Positions 43,018 through 52,570 are shown, numbered from the stretch's first letter. The stretch is 64,000 bases of DNA from Elusimicrobiota bacterium (GCA_016218545.1 JACRDQ010000038.1:66986-130985), one strand, 5' to 3'. Made by a program: numbers and translations. The notes: a model not told the origin generated them from the letters alone.

Positions 43018-45831
43018 ATGAACTTGAGAAATGCTTCGTTTTGCATGATTTTCATCGTTTGCCAGGCAGCGACGTTTAGCCTGGCCCAGGAAACTGCGTC
43101 CAAACAGGAGAGCGCGTCTCCCCAGAGTCTTCAGCTTGCCATGGAAGCCGCCTTCCCTCCTGCTCCGCACCGGGTGGTGGAAAGTCCGGATGGAGACACG
43201 GCGGCGGCCCTCCTGGCTACGGCTCCGAGCGGGGCCACCCTGGCCGAGGCCAACTTGCAGGTCCAACAGGCGAACAAGAAGGAGGGCAGGCGAGGGCGCA
43301 ACCCGGATCTGCCGCAGGTCATCGACGGCTTCTTCAAGAGAGGCACCTACGCGGAATTCGACAACATCCTCCAGAATTCCGACGATACAGGGGTCAAGTT
43401 CGGGATCTGGCAGCTGGTGCGCGGGTCCTACGGCTTCGCCAAGACCGAGAACGCGGTCAAGGACGGGGAGCTGGAGAAGGGCTCTGCCGAGTATGAGGGC
43501 GCGATCACCAGAGTCCATGGGCAATTCCGCACAGGGCTTGACGCTATCGACGGCAAACCCGTGCCCCAACTCGAAGGGACGCAGGGGCATGGCGGGGTGG
43601 ACAGGCGCAGGAGCCCGGAGTCTCGTCACGAGTACGGCCAGGCGCTGGGCAAGCTCCCGGACGGCCTTCAGCCGAGCAGTGAGTCTCTGGGAGCAGTGAC
43701 CACCAAGGACAAGAATGGGACGGACCAGATCGCCGGCTCCATCGAGGCGGCCAAGGCCTTGGTGGACACGACCGTGTCCGGAGTCCGCCAGGCGCTCGAG
43801 ACCAAGCTCGACTACGTGTTCGTGAGGGTCTGCGGAGGCCTTCCCAGCGCAGGGCAGGCGTGCGGCGGCAGTGAGACGCCCAAGCCCCCCACGCCTCCTG
43901 TCCCCGGCCCCGGCCCTGTTCCTGACCCGGTCCCCACCCCCACTCCTGGCCCTGTCGAGGATGGCCAGGGACAGCTCGACCAGGGGAACCCCCGGCAGGC
44001 TGCCGAGACCTTCGACCGGGCCATCGAGCGCGATCCATGGGACGTGCGAGCCATCGCGGGCAGGGCCCAGGCCAGCTATATGATGGGCGACTACCGCTTG
44101 GCGACAGGATTCTCCAAGGCCGCGCTGTCGCACGAGCCGGGCAACCAGGCCGCCTTCGCCACCTTGCGGCTTTCCGAGAACCGCTCTCCGAAGGCGTCGG
44201 CCTCCGCCGCGAGCGCTGCCGCGGCTGCTGGAGGAGGGAACGCCGAGCTTTTCGCCGCGAGCGCGGTCACCGGGGCGGGCGCTTCCTCGGGCTTCAAGCT
44301 GGATGCGACCCGGCCTGAGGCGGTCCAATCAGCGGCCCAGGTCAAGCTTGCCGAGAAGGCCCTGCGGGTCGGGGATTTCGCCGCTGCGCGGTCCTACTCG
44401 ACCCGCGCCCTGGAGCTCAACCCGAAGAACGGGCAAGCCCTCTTCTACCGCTCCGTGGTCAATGCCAATGGCCGCGACTATGCCGGTGCCCTGGCGGATG
44501 CCGAGGCCGGGCTCGCCCTGGTGCCGAACAATGCAGCGCTTCTCAATTCCAAGGCCTTCGCCCTCAACCGGATGGGAAAGTACAAGGACGCCTTGGCCGC
44601 TTCCGAGGCCGCCCTGCTCGTCAACCCCAGGGACGCCTCGGCCCTGGCCAACCGCGCCTACGCGGTGGGCGGGCTGGGGGACAGGGCCGCCATGCTTGAG
44701 AACCTGCGCGCCGCGGCCTCCATCGACCCGAGGTTCCAGTCCAGCCTCGAGTCCGCCCTGCAGATGCCCGATGACTCGGACCTGCTCTTCCTCTTCCCCG
44801 GCGAGGCCGGGCCGGCCCACGCCCGTTCGGGCGCGGTGCCCGAGCGCGGCAAGAGCCGGAGCCTGCGCACCCTCGGCTTGGCCGTGGTGGGCGTGCTGCT
44901 CGCGGCCGGTCTCTTCGCCTTCGCCACCGGAGGCCGCAGGGACGCGGCCCTCCCGGCCGCGGCCGGCAACGTCCCGGCCCCGGCCGACGGGCCCGTCCCG
45001 CAGCAGGGCGTGAGCACCCTGCTGCGCAACCAGTACGAGATCATCCGCCAGATCGGGGCCGGAGGCATGGGCGTGGTCTTCGAGGGCCTCGACCGCGCCC
45101 TCAGGCGCAAGGTGGCCATCAAGAAGATGCGCGAGGAGATCCGGCTCAACGCCAAGGAGCGGGAGCGCTTCCTCACCGAGGCCAAGACCGTGGCCTCCCT
45201 GCACCACCCCAACGTGGTCGACATCTACTCCATCGTGGAGGACGACGACGTCTACCTGGTCTTCGAGCACGTCTCCGGCGCCACGCTCCACGAGCGCATC
45301 CACCGCGACGGGCCCCTGCCCCTGGCCGAGGCCGTGGCCGTGTTCCAGGGCATCGCCGCGGCCCTGGACGCGGCTCATGGCCGCGGCATCATCCACCGCG
45401 ACCTCAAGCCCTCCAACGTCATGATCGACGAGGAGGGCAGCGCGAAGGTGATGGACTTCGGGGTGGCCCGGGTCGCCAAGGACGCGGCGGGCAGGTACTC
45501 GATGACCAACACCGTGATGGGGACGCCGCCCTACATGGCGCCGGAGCAGGAGACCGGGGTCGTGCGCAAGGAGGGAGACGTCTACTCCATGGCGATCTGC
45601 CTCTACGAGACCCTGACCGGGCAGCAGCCCTTCGCGGGCATGGGCGCGGGCATGCTCCTCAACAAGATGAACGCGTCCTTCGCTCCGGCGACCAAGACGA
45701 ATCCTGTCCTGCCCCAAGGCATCGACGCTGTCTTCTCCAAGGCGTTCGCGGCCGACCCGGATAAGCGCTACGCCTCGGCGGGCGAGTTCATGAAGGCCGT
45801 AGAAGCCGCGGCCGGGGTCCCGAAGGCGTGA
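43018..45831 (+). CDS. Receptor-type TPR Ser/Thr protein kinase #3
   Basis: Signal peptide MNLRNASFCMIFIVCQAATFSLAQE. A longer extracytoplasmic region with a Pro-rich stretch and TPRs is followed by a TM helix and a kinase domain (IGAGGMGVVFEG, HRDLKPSN, DFGVAR, PPYMAPE). The 42940 TTG start given in the track is rejected. Confidence 0.8.
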   Translation: MNLRNASFCMIFIVCQAATFSLAQETASKQESASPQSLQLAMEAAFPPAPHRVVESPDGDTAAALLATAPSGATLAEANLQVQQANKKEGRRGRNPDLPQVIDGFFKRGTYAEFDNILQNSDDTGVKFGIWQLVRGSYGFAKTENAVKDGELEKGSAEYEGAITRVHGQFRTGLDAIDGKPVPQLEGTQGHGGVDRRRSPESRHEYGQALGKLPDGLQPSSESLGAVTTKDKNGTDQIAGSIEAAKALVDTTVSGVRQALETKLDYVFVRVCGGLPSAGQACGGSETPKPPTPPVPGPGPVPDPVPTPTPGPVEDGQGQLDQGNPRQAAETFDRAIERDPWDVRAIAGRAQASYMMGDYRLATGFSKAALSHEPGNQAAFATLRLSENRSPKASASAASAAAAAGGGNAELFAASAVTGAGASSGFKLDATRPEAVQSAAQVKLAEKALRVGDFAAARSYSTRALELNPKNGQALFYRSVVNANGRDYAGALADAEAGLALVPNNAALLNSKAFALNRMGKYKDALAASEAALLVNPRDASALANRAYAVGGLGDRAAMLENLRAAASIDPRFQSSLESALQMPDDSDLLFLFPGEAGPAHARSGAVPERGKSRSLRTLGLAVVGVLLAAGLFAFATGGRRDAALPAAAGNVPAPADGPVPQQGVSTLLRNQYEIIRQIGAGGMGVVFEGLDRALRRKVAIKKMREEIRLNAKERERFLTEAKTVASLHHPNVVDIYSIVEDDDVYLVFEHVSGATLHERIHRDGPLPLAEAVAVFQGIAAALDAAHGRGIIHRDLKPSNVMIDEEGSAKVMDFGVARVAKDAAGRYSMTNTVMGTPPYMAPEQETGVVRKEGDVYSMAICLYETLTGQQPFAGMGAGMLLNKMNASFAPATKTNPVLPQGIDAVFSKAFAADPDKRYASAGEFMKAVEAAAGVPKA

Positions 45832-45885
45832 ACAGGTTCGGGGCCTGGGGGAAGGGAGGGGCGCAGATTTTGTACAATAGCAGTA

Positions 45886-45935
45886 GGAAATCCTGATGAA
45901 AAGGATTTCCTTCCTGAACGCTCTGCGTTCAGGAA
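45886..45935 (+). terminator. Two adjacent hairpins between the STK #3 gene and ssrA
   Basis: GGAAATCCT-gatgaaa-AGGATTTCC (45886-45910) and TTCCTGAACG-ctctg-CGTTCAGGAA (45911-45935). No U-tract. Confidence 0.35.
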
Positions 45936-45942
45936 GGCATAT

Positions 45943-46293
45943 GGGGGTGAATAGGTTCGACAGCTGCCTCTAGGTCGTTGGCAGCAGGCCCTGGTTGGTC
46001 AGCGCCAGGATAAAAGCCGACCAAAACAACAAAAGCCAACTCACAGTTGGCCTGGGCCACCGCCTAATAAGCGCGTAGCCTACGCCGGTCCCTGACACCT
46101 GCTGGGGGAGCGCCGGCGTCATGAGCAGGCTGGACGGCCGCACCGCGCGTTTCGTCGGGGCGGACGTCGAGAACAAAACGGAACAACTCGGGAGCACCTG
46201 TCCGCCGGTTTTCCCGGGTCGTGCCGGCGGACTAAGCCTGTAGCGGCCGCGGCGGGAGACGGTTGGACTCGAGTGCGATTCTCGACACCTCCA
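45943..46293 (+). ncRNA. ssrA: tmRNA (transfer-messenger RNA, ssrA). Predicted tag ORF GCC AAC TCA CAG TTG GCC TGG GCC ACC GCC TAA TAA (ANSQLAWATA**).
   Basis: The 5' end is GGGGGUGAAUAGGUUCGACAG. The 3' end is GGACUCGAGUGCGAUUCUCGACACCUCCA. The acceptor stem GGGGGUG pairs with CACCUCC and includes a G3:U70 wobble. A 5-bp T-stem (UCGAG/CUCGA) with a 7-nt loop abuts the acceptor strand. The discriminator is A and CCA is not encoded. The A-rich tract ACCAAAACAACAAAA precedes the resume codon, and there is a double stop UAAUAA. Total length is about 351 nt. Confidence 0.85.
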
Positions 46294-46297
46294 AGAT

Positions 46298-46336
46298 TTC
46301 CGCGGGAGCCCGAAAGGGCTCCCGCGGAGCTATTTG
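46298..46336 (+). terminator. Rho-independent terminator of ssrA (GNRA-looped hairpin followed by a T-rich tract)
   Basis: TTCCGCGGGAGCCC-gaaa-GGGCTCCCGCGGAG then CTATTTG, starting 5 nt after the tmRNA discriminator. Confidence 0.6.
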
Positions 46337-46351
46337 ATACAATGAACATCG

Positions 46352-47668
46352 GTGTTTGACTACCGCTTCGTCACCCTGCTCGGCGCGACCCTGGTCTTCG
46401 CCCCGCTGTCGGTCCTCTTCATCTTCATCTCCGGCATGGGTCCGGGCCTCTTCCCTCTCTACGGGCTCATCTTCCTCTGGTGCGACTACCGCAGGGAGGC
46501 CGAGGCGCACGTCATCTTCCTCTTCATGGTGACCACCGCCGGGGTCGTGCTCGCGGCCTCCGCCGCAGCGCAGCGGAACGTGCTCGGAGCCGAGATCCTC
46601 GGGATGTGGATCCTGGTATGGGCCCTGGGCCTCCATCACCGGCGGGGCGCCGATGTCCTGCACGAGGCCCGGGAGGAGATGGCCAAGCTGGCCGGGTCCC
46701 TGCGGGACGACGAGTCCGAGTTGACGCGACTCAACGCCTATCAGGCGAGCGCCGCGGTCCAGATCGGCCTGCGCCAGGACCTCACCGAGAGCGCGCGCAG
46801 CCTGGGCTCGACGCTCGACGGCCGCGAGGTCCACGTCCGATTGAACGGCATCCTCTGCGCGCGCTTTGCGGGCAGCAGGGTGCGCATCCAGGCCTGGGCT
46901 TCGGGGGACCCCCTGCTCGAGTTGGCGATGAAGGCCGGGACCGTGGCCCTGGTCAAGGACACGGCCACGGACGCGCGCTTTTCCTCGGGCGGGGCGGGCT
47001 TCCGCTCCGGGATGGCGGCCCCGCTGAAGGTCATGCGCCAGTCCGCGGGCTTCGTCAAGGTCGAGTCGGACCAGGCCGGCGCGTTCGGCACGCAGGAGGT
47101 CCAGTCCCTGGACCTCATCACCACCATGGCGTCCCTGAGCCTGGAGAACATCCGGCTCTACGAGACCGTGCAGGAGCAGGCCACGCACGATCCGCTGACC
47201 GGGCTCTTCAGCCACCGGGCCTTCCAGGCCAGGCTGCACGAGGAGCTCCTCCGCGCCGGACGCAGCCAGACCCCGGTGTCCTTCATCCTCTGCGACGTGG
47301 ACCACTTCAAGACCTACAACGACCGCTACGGCCACCAGGCCGGAGACTCCCTGCTCAGGTCCGTGGCGTCCATGCTCGCGTCCTTCGCCCGGCCGGTGGA
47401 CTTCCCGGCCCGCTACGGCGGAGAGGAGTTCTGCCTCGTGCTGCCGAGCGTCCCGCTCGCCGAGGCCCTGGACCTGGCCGAGCGCCTGCGCGCCCGCGTC
47501 GAGGCCGAATCTTTCGTTTTCCAGGGCGTCAAGACCGGGGCCACGATGAGCCTGGGCGTGTCCGCTTTCCCCCAGGACGCCACCACCGCCAGCCAGATCG
47601 TGCGCGTGGCCGATGAGCGGCTCTACCGCGCCAAAGCCGGGGGCCGCAACAGGGTGGCGGGGGTCTGA
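46352..47668 (+). CDS. Membrane GAF-GGDEF diguanylate cyclase #1 (GTG start)
   Basis: It has 3-4 N-terminal TM helices, a GAF-like region and a GGDEF domain with RYGGEEF and DPLTGLFSHRAF. Its stop overlaps the start of the next GGDEF gene. Confidence 0.75.
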   Translation: MFDYRFVTLLGATLVFAPLSVLFIFISGMGPGLFPLYGLIFLWCDYRREAEAHVIFLFMVTTAGVVLAASAAAQRNVLGAEILGMWILVWALGLHHRRGADVLHEAREEMAKLAGSLRDDESELTRLNAYQASAAVQIGLRQDLTESARSLGSTLDGREVHVRLNGILCARFAGSRVRIQAWASGDPLLELAMKAGTVALVKDTATDARFSSGGAGFRSGMAAPLKVMRQSAGFVKVESDQAGAFGTQEVQSLDLITTMASLSLENIRLYETVQEQATHDPLTGLFSHRAFQARLHEELLRAGRSQTPVSFILCDVDHFKTYNDRYGHQAGDSLLRSVASMLASFARPVDFPARYGGEEFCLVLPSVPLAEALDLAERLRARVEAESFVFQGVKTGATMSLGVSAFPQDATTASQIVRVADERLYRAKAGGRNRVAGV

Positions 47669-48945
47669 TGCTGGAGCTCGCCTTCCTTTCCTTGGCTCCG
47701 GCCGCGGGCCTGCTGGCCGCCTATCCCCGCCGGGTCTCGGGCGCGGTCTTCGCGGCCGCGGTCGCCCTGGCGGGTTCGGCCGCCGCTTTCGTCCTCTACG
47801 CGCCCGGCGACCGGCCCCTCGCACTCGGGGTCGGGCTCTGGAGCGTGGCGGGCTCGCTCTACGCCATCCACCTCTCCCGCAGGGAGCTGCGCGAGCACGG
47901 CCACGTCAGGGACAAGGTCGCCCAGCTCCGGGCCCGCCGCGTGGACACGGCCAAGGCCGTGGCCGAGGCCCGGTCCCGCAGCGAGGAGACCCAGCGCAAC
48001 CACAAGGAATCCACCGCCCTCTACGCCATGGTCAAGGGCCTCTCCGCGGCCATCTCCTGGGACGAGATCAAGCCGAGGCTCGAGGCCGCGGTGGACCAGT
48101 ATCTCGGGGTGTCGGGCTTCGCCCTGTACGTGGCCGGGATGCGCGGCGAGGACGATTTCCAGCCCCTGGCCGGCCGCAACCTGGCGGGCTCGCCCGGGAG
48201 CGCCTGGGCGACCCTGGGCCGCCGCCTGCAGGAGGCGGCCCTGAGCCCCTGGCAGGCCCACATCCTCGACCGGCCGGAGAAGGCCCTGTGCGTCCCGGTG
48301 CTCGACAACGCCGAGCTCCTCGGCGTCCTCTACCTGCGCCTGCCCGACGCCGCGGACCCTCGCGCCCTGCTGGGCAAGGCCTCCGCTTTCGCCGGAGAGG
48401 TGGCGTTCGCCTTCCGCAGGGTGAAGCTCTTCCAGGAGATGGAGCGGCTCTCCCAGATCGACGGCCTCACCGGCGTCCACCGCCGCGGGAGCTTCGACGA
48501 GCGCCTCCGCGACGAGACCGTGCGCTCCAGGACCTTCAAGACGACCTTCTGTCTGCTCATCCTCGACATCGACCATTTCAAGAGCCTCAATGACCGCTAC
48601 GGCCACCCCTTCGGCGACCAGGTCCTCCGGCGCATCGGCGAGGTCCTCAACCACTCCTTCTACGAGACAGATTTCGTCGCGCGCTACGGCGGAGAGGAGT
48701 TCGCGGTCATCCTGCCCCGGGCCCAATACGACGGGGCCCGCCGCAAAGCGGAGGCCGTGCGCACCGCCATCGAGTCCGAGTCGTTTGCGATCGCCCTGGA
48801 TACGGTCCGGGTGACGGTCTCGATCGGCGTGGCGCACTTTCCGAGGGACGCGGCGACCCCTGAGGAGCTCGTCTCCCAGGCGGACCAAGCGCTCTACCGG
48901 GCCAAGAGCCTGGGGCGCAATAGGGTGGTGGAGTTCACACGATGA
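47668..48945 (+). CDS. Membrane GAF-GGDEF diguanylate cyclase #2 (paralog)
   Basis: Same architecture as #1, with RYGGEEF and IDGLTGVHRRGSF. There is an ATGA overlap with sppA. Confidence 0.75.
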   Translation: MLELAFLSLAPAAGLLAAYPRRVSGAVFAAAVALAGSAAAFVLYAPGDRPLALGVGLWSVAGSLYAIHLSRRELREHGHVRDKVAQLRARRVDTAKAVAEARSRSEETQRNHKESTALYAMVKGLSAAISWDEIKPRLEAAVDQYLGVSGFALYVAGMRGEDDFQPLAGRNLAGSPGSAWATLGRRLQEAALSPWQAHILDRPEKALCVPVLDNAELLGVLYLRLPDAADPRALLGKASAFAGEVAFAFRRVKLFQEMERLSQIDGLTGVHRRGSFDERLRDETVRSRTFKTTFCLLILDIDHFKSLNDRYGHPFGDQVLRRIGEVLNHSFYETDFVARYGGEEFAVILPRAQYDGARRKAEAVRTAIESESFAIALDTVRVTVSIGVAHFPRDAATPEELVSQADQALYRAKSLGRNRVVEFTR

Positions 48946-49979
48946 CCGAGAATAACGACTCAGGACCGCAGCCGCAACACCCGGAGCACCCGACGGATCA
49001 TCACGTCGCCGGCTCCAGGCGCGTCAAAAGGCGCCTCATGCTCGCCGTCGTCGGGCTCTACGTCCTGTCCCTGGCCGCGGCCGCCGTGGTCGCGGTCCGG
49101 GCGCCGCTGGGCAAGAAGGGCGCCAAGGACGGGGATGATTCCGTGCTCGGGCTCACCTCCAAGGAGACGGTGGGCTGGGTCTCCATCCACGGCGCCATCT
49201 ACAACGACGGTCCCCGCACCTGGGACCGGGGCGCCTACCAGTGGGCGCGCCGCATCCGCCTGATGGCCGAGACCAAGGGGGTCAAGGCCATCGTCCTCGA
49301 CATCAACTCCCCGGGCGGGAGCGTGGGCGCTGTCCAGGAGCTCTACAGCCAGATCAAGCGCGTGCGCAAGGAGTTCAACATCCCCGTCGTGGCGCTCTTC
49401 GGAGACATCGCGGCCTCGGGCGGGTACTACATCGCGGCGGCCTGCGACCGCATCGTCGCCCACCCCGGGTCGCTGACGGGCTCGATCGGCGTCATCTTCA
49501 GCGTCGACAACGTGGAGGGCCTCTTCAGCAAGATCGGCTACAAGAGCGAGCCCATCAAGTCCGGCCAGCACAAGGACATCGGGTCCTGGTCCCGGACCAT
49601 GACCAAGGAGGAGCGCGAGATCCTCCAGAGCATCATCATGGACGCCTACGACCAGTTCCTCACCGCCATCAGCACGGGCAGGAACATGCCCATGGAGAAG
49701 CTCCGGCCCCTGGCCGACGGCAGGATCTACACCGGCAACCAGGCCCTGGAGGCGGGGCTCGTGGACGTCATCGGCGACGCCGAAGACGCGGTGGAGCTGG
49801 CGGCCAAGCTCGGCCACATCGTGGGCAAGCCCAAGGTCAAGCGCGAGCCCGACACCCGGCAGATGTTCATGGACCTCTTCGAGTCGCGCGCCGGAGCCGG
49901 CGTCAAGAGTCCGATCGAGTGGCTGACCGGCCTCGGGGTCCGGGCCGGGCTCGAGTACCGCTGGACGGGCGGGCTATGA
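48942..49979 (+). CDS. sppA: Signal peptide peptidase SppA (S49, 36K type)
   Basis: TM anchor is present. The S49 core is IVLDINSPGGSVGA...GDIAASGGYYIAAACDRIVAHPGSLTGSIGV. Confidence 0.8.
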   Translation: MTENNDSGPQPQHPEHPTDHHVAGSRRVKRRLMLAVVGLYVLSLAAAAVVAVRAPLGKKGAKDGDDSVLGLTSKETVGWVSIHGAIYNDGPRTWDRGAYQWARRIRLMAETKGVKAIVLDINSPGGSVGAVQELYSQIKRVRKEFNIPVVALFGDIAASGGYYIAAACDRIVAHPGSLTGSIGVIFSVDNVEGLFSKIGYKSEPIKSGQHKDIGSWSRTMTKEEREILQSIIMDAYDQFLTAISTGRNMPMEKLRPLADGRIYTGNQALEAGLVDVIGDAEDAVELAAKLGHIVGKPKVKREPDTRQMFMDLFESRAGAGVKSPIEWLTGLGVRAGLEYRWTGGL

Positions 49980-50557
49980 TGAGCGCGGCCGAGGTCGTCT
50001 TCGACTACTTCGAGGACCATACCCGGAGCGCGGACAGCGTCAGGCACTCCCGGCCCGCGGCCCTGGGCCTGCTGTGCTTCGCGCTCACCGGGGTGAGCGT
50101 CTTCATGGCCCAGGCCGTCCTGGGCAGGCTCGCCCCGTTCTCGCTCTCCGTGACCTCCATGGTCCTCATGGCCATCTGGGAGATCGTGCTGGGCCTGGCC
50201 TTCACGGCCATGCTCCACCTCGTCATGGAGTTCGAGGGCATCCAGGGCAGCGCGGCCTCCCTTTTCGCGCTCATGGGTCTGGCGAGCCTGGTGTGGGCAC
50301 TGACCGTGCCCCTGGCCCTGATCCTGAGGCTCGTGGCCCCGGGCAACGGCTGGCTGGCCACGGCGGCCTTCACCCTGGTGGGGCTGCTCAGCCTGGGCTA
50401 CAAGGCGCGGAGCATCCAGGACAACTACCAGGTGGGCGCGGCCCGGGCGTGGATCACCCTCTTCGTGCCCTACGCCGCCGTGGTCGTGGCGGCCCTGCTG
50501 GTCTTCGCCGTGGCCATGGTGACCATGTTCCGGCAGATCCTCCAGTGGGTGTCATGA
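49976..50557 (+). CDS. Polytopic membrane protein (Yip1-like, 5 TM)
   Basis: The ATG overlaps the sppA stop. It is hydrophobic throughout. The domain assignment is tentative. Confidence 0.4.
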   Translation: MMSAAEVVFDYFEDHTRSADSVRHSRPAALGLLCFALTGVSVFMAQAVLGRLAPFSLSVTSMVLMAIWEIVLGLAFTAMLHLVMEFEGIQGSAASLFALMGLASLVWALTVPLALILRLVAPGNGWLATAAFTLVGLLSLGYKARSIQDNYQVGAARAWITLFVPYAAVVVAALLVFAVAMVTMFRQILQWVS

Positions 50558-51288
50558 GGGAACCTCTCCCCAAGACCTTCCAGGGACTCCCCGTGGTCAG
50601 CGCCGGGGTCATGCGCCTGCTCGACCGCGCCGCGACCGAGCGCTTCAAGATCGCGGAGCTCGCGCTCATGGAGAACGCGGGCAAGGGCGTGGCCCTGCGC
50701 GCCCTCGAGTTCCTCCAAGGGCCCCTGGCCAAGGCTCCGGACCAGGCCTCGGTGGTGGTCTGCTGCGGCCGGGGAGCCAACGGCGGCGACGGCCTCGTGG
50801 CCGCGCGCTTCCTCAAGGAGGCCGGGGCCAAGGTGCGCGTCTTCATCTGCCCTGCCAAGGACGGCGGCTATCCGGTCTCGGTGGCGGCCAACCTCGAGCG
50901 GCTCAAGGCCGCAGGCGTCTCGGCCGAGCCCGTGGAGACGACCGAGCCCCTGGCCGCGGCGCTCAAGGACGCGCACCTGCTGCTCGACGCCCTTCTGGGG
51001 ACCGGGGCCAGCGGCAAGCCCACCGGCACGATCCGGCAGATCATCCAGGCCGTGACGCGCTCCAAGGTCCCTGTCCTGGCCGTGGACGTGCCCTCCGGCA
51101 TCCATCCCGACACCGGCTACCACAGCGGCGTGTACGTGACCGCCGCGGTGACGCTGACCCTCGGCCTGGCCAAGAGGGGCCTGGTGGCCCCGCACGCCAA
51201 GAAGTACGTGGGCGGCCTGGAGGTCCTCGATATCGGCTACCCGCCGGAGCTCATCCGGGAGGTGGCTCGTGCCCAGGAGATCCCTTAG
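50554..51288 (+). CDS. nnrE: NAD(P)H-hydrate epimerase (YjeF N-terminal domain protein)
   Basis: The diagnostic segment is VVVCCGRGANGGDGLVAARFL...LLDALLGTGASGKP...VLAVDVPSG. The ATG overlaps the upstream stop. Confidence 0.65.
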   Translation: MREPLPKTFQGLPVVSAGVMRLLDRAATERFKIAELALMENAGKGVALRALEFLQGPLAKAPDQASVVVCCGRGANGGDGLVAARFLKEAGAKVRVFICPAKDGGYPVSVAANLERLKAAGVSAEPVETTEPLAAALKDAHLLLDALLGTGASGKPTGTIRQIIQAVTRSKVPVLAVDVPSGIHPDTGYHSGVYVTAAVTLTLGLAKRGLVAPHAKKYVGGLEVLDIGYPPELIREVARAQEIP

Positions 51289-51943
51289 AGCGCCAAGGCC
51301 CTCCCAGGTTTCTTTAGGCGCTCTTAGCCTCCTTCTGGCCGCGGGCCTGCTCGCCGCCTGCGGCAAGTCCCCTGCCCCGGCCGGAGACGGCAAGACCCCC
51401 TTCAAGCCCCGACCGGGCGCGCGCTTCGCGGTCTTGAAGACCTCCAAGGGCACGATCAAGGCCATGCTCTACGCCAGGGAGGTCCCGGCCACGGTCGCCG
51501 TGTTCACCGGGTTGGCCGAGGGGACCAGGGTCTGGACCGACCCGAAGACCGGCAGGAAGGTCTCGGGAAAGCGCTACTACGACGGCTTGACCTTCCACCG
51601 CGTCGTCCCCGGCTTCATGATCCAGACCGGAGACCCCACGGCCAAGGGCGGCGGTGGGGCGGGCTTCACCTTCAAGGACGAGTTCCGCAAGGACCTCAAG
51701 TTCGACCGGCCCGGCATGCTGGGCATGGCCAACTGGGGTCCTGACACCGGCAACGGGCAGTTCTTCATCACCCTGGCCTCCAGACCGGACCTCAACGGCA
51801 TGCATACCGTCTTCGGCGAGGTCATCAGCGGGCTCTCGGCGGCCCATGCCATCGCCGAGGTCCCGCGGGACGAGTTCGACAGCAAGGACAAGCCCTTAAA
51901 GCCCGTGTACCTGGAGTCGGTGACGGTCAAGGACAAGCCATGA
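51269..51943 (+). CDS. Cyclophilin-type peptidyl-prolyl cis-trans isomerase, lipoprotein
   Basis: The lipobox is LLAACG. The cyclophilin core is GLTFHRVVPGFMIQTGDP...MANWGPDTGNGQFFITL. Confidence 0.8.
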   Translation: MPRRSLRAPRPSQVSLGALSLLLAAGLLAACGKSPAPAGDGKTPFKPRPGARFAVLKTSKGTIKAMLYAREVPATVAVFTGLAEGTRVWTDPKTGRKVSGKRYYDGLTFHRVVPGFMIQTGDPTAKGGGGAGFTFKDEFRKDLKFDRPGMLGMANWGPDTGNGQFFITLASRPDLNGMHTVFGEVISGLSAAHAIAEVPRDEFDSKDKPLKPVYLESVTVKDKP

Positions 51944-52536
51944 TCAAGACCCTGCGCTTTTGTTTCCCCGCGTCCCTCCTGCTCCCGTTCTGCGGCTGCC
52001 TGGGGGTGGAGAGCTACACCCTGACCCTGGATTGGGGCGCCCTGCAGGGGGAGTTCGTCTACCACGACATCGTCTCCACCGAGTCCGCGGAGGGCAAGGT
52101 CGCGGAGGATTTCGCGGAGCTCAAGAAGATGCTGGCTGAACCGAACATCCCGTTCGAGATTTCCGAGACCTCCGGCGTCCTGAAGGTCACGGACAAGGAG
52201 CTGTTCCGGGAGGGGGATGCCCTCTCCGGCCGGGTCCGCTTCCAGCTCCTCTGCGCGTCATGGGGGTGCGCCAAGGAGGCGGTGCTGAGGGCGATTCTCG
52301 ATGAGTCGTGCTCGGCCGGAAACGGCGAGGTCTTCCTCGTGCTGGACCGGAAGGGGAGTCTGCGGACCGACGGCAGCGTGCTCGACACCAAGAAGAGCCG
52401 CGTCGTGGTCTGGCCGGAGGACGCCAAGGTCTTCACCCTGACCGTGAAGAGCGCCGACTCCTCGTGCCGCGGCAAGTGCCGTTCTCTCCTCCATCTCTGG
52501 CTCAAGGACCCTGCGGGGGCAGGTTCGTTGCATTGA
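51940..52536 (+). CDS. Hypothetical lipoprotein, 198 aa
   Basis: The lipobox is LPFCGC. Start overlaps the upstream stop. No other motifs. Confidence 0.4.
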   Translation: MIKTLRFCFPASLLLPFCGCLGVESYTLTLDWGALQGEFVYHDIVSTESAEGKVAEDFAELKKMLAEPNIPFEISETSGVLKVTDKELFREGDALSGRVRFQLLCASWGCAKEAVLRAILDESCSAGNGEVFLVLDRKGSLRTDGSVLDTKKSRVVVWPEDAKVFTLTVKSADSSCRGKCRSLLHLWLKDPAGAGSLH

Positions 52537-52570
52537 CCCATAGAAGAAGGGACGATTTGGAGGTCTAGTC

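Noticed and set aside
37641-45831. Possibility that the three TPR-kinases are pseudokinases
   Set aside because: All three retain the Gly loop (GxGGMGVV), VAIK lysine, HRDxKPSN catalytic loop, DFG and APE motifs.
45832-46351. Integrase, attachment-site duplication or genomic-island signature next to ssrA
   Set aside because: No integrase or recombinase ORF is within several kb on either side. No direct repeat of the tmRNA 3' end was found downstream. The neighbouring genes have native GC.
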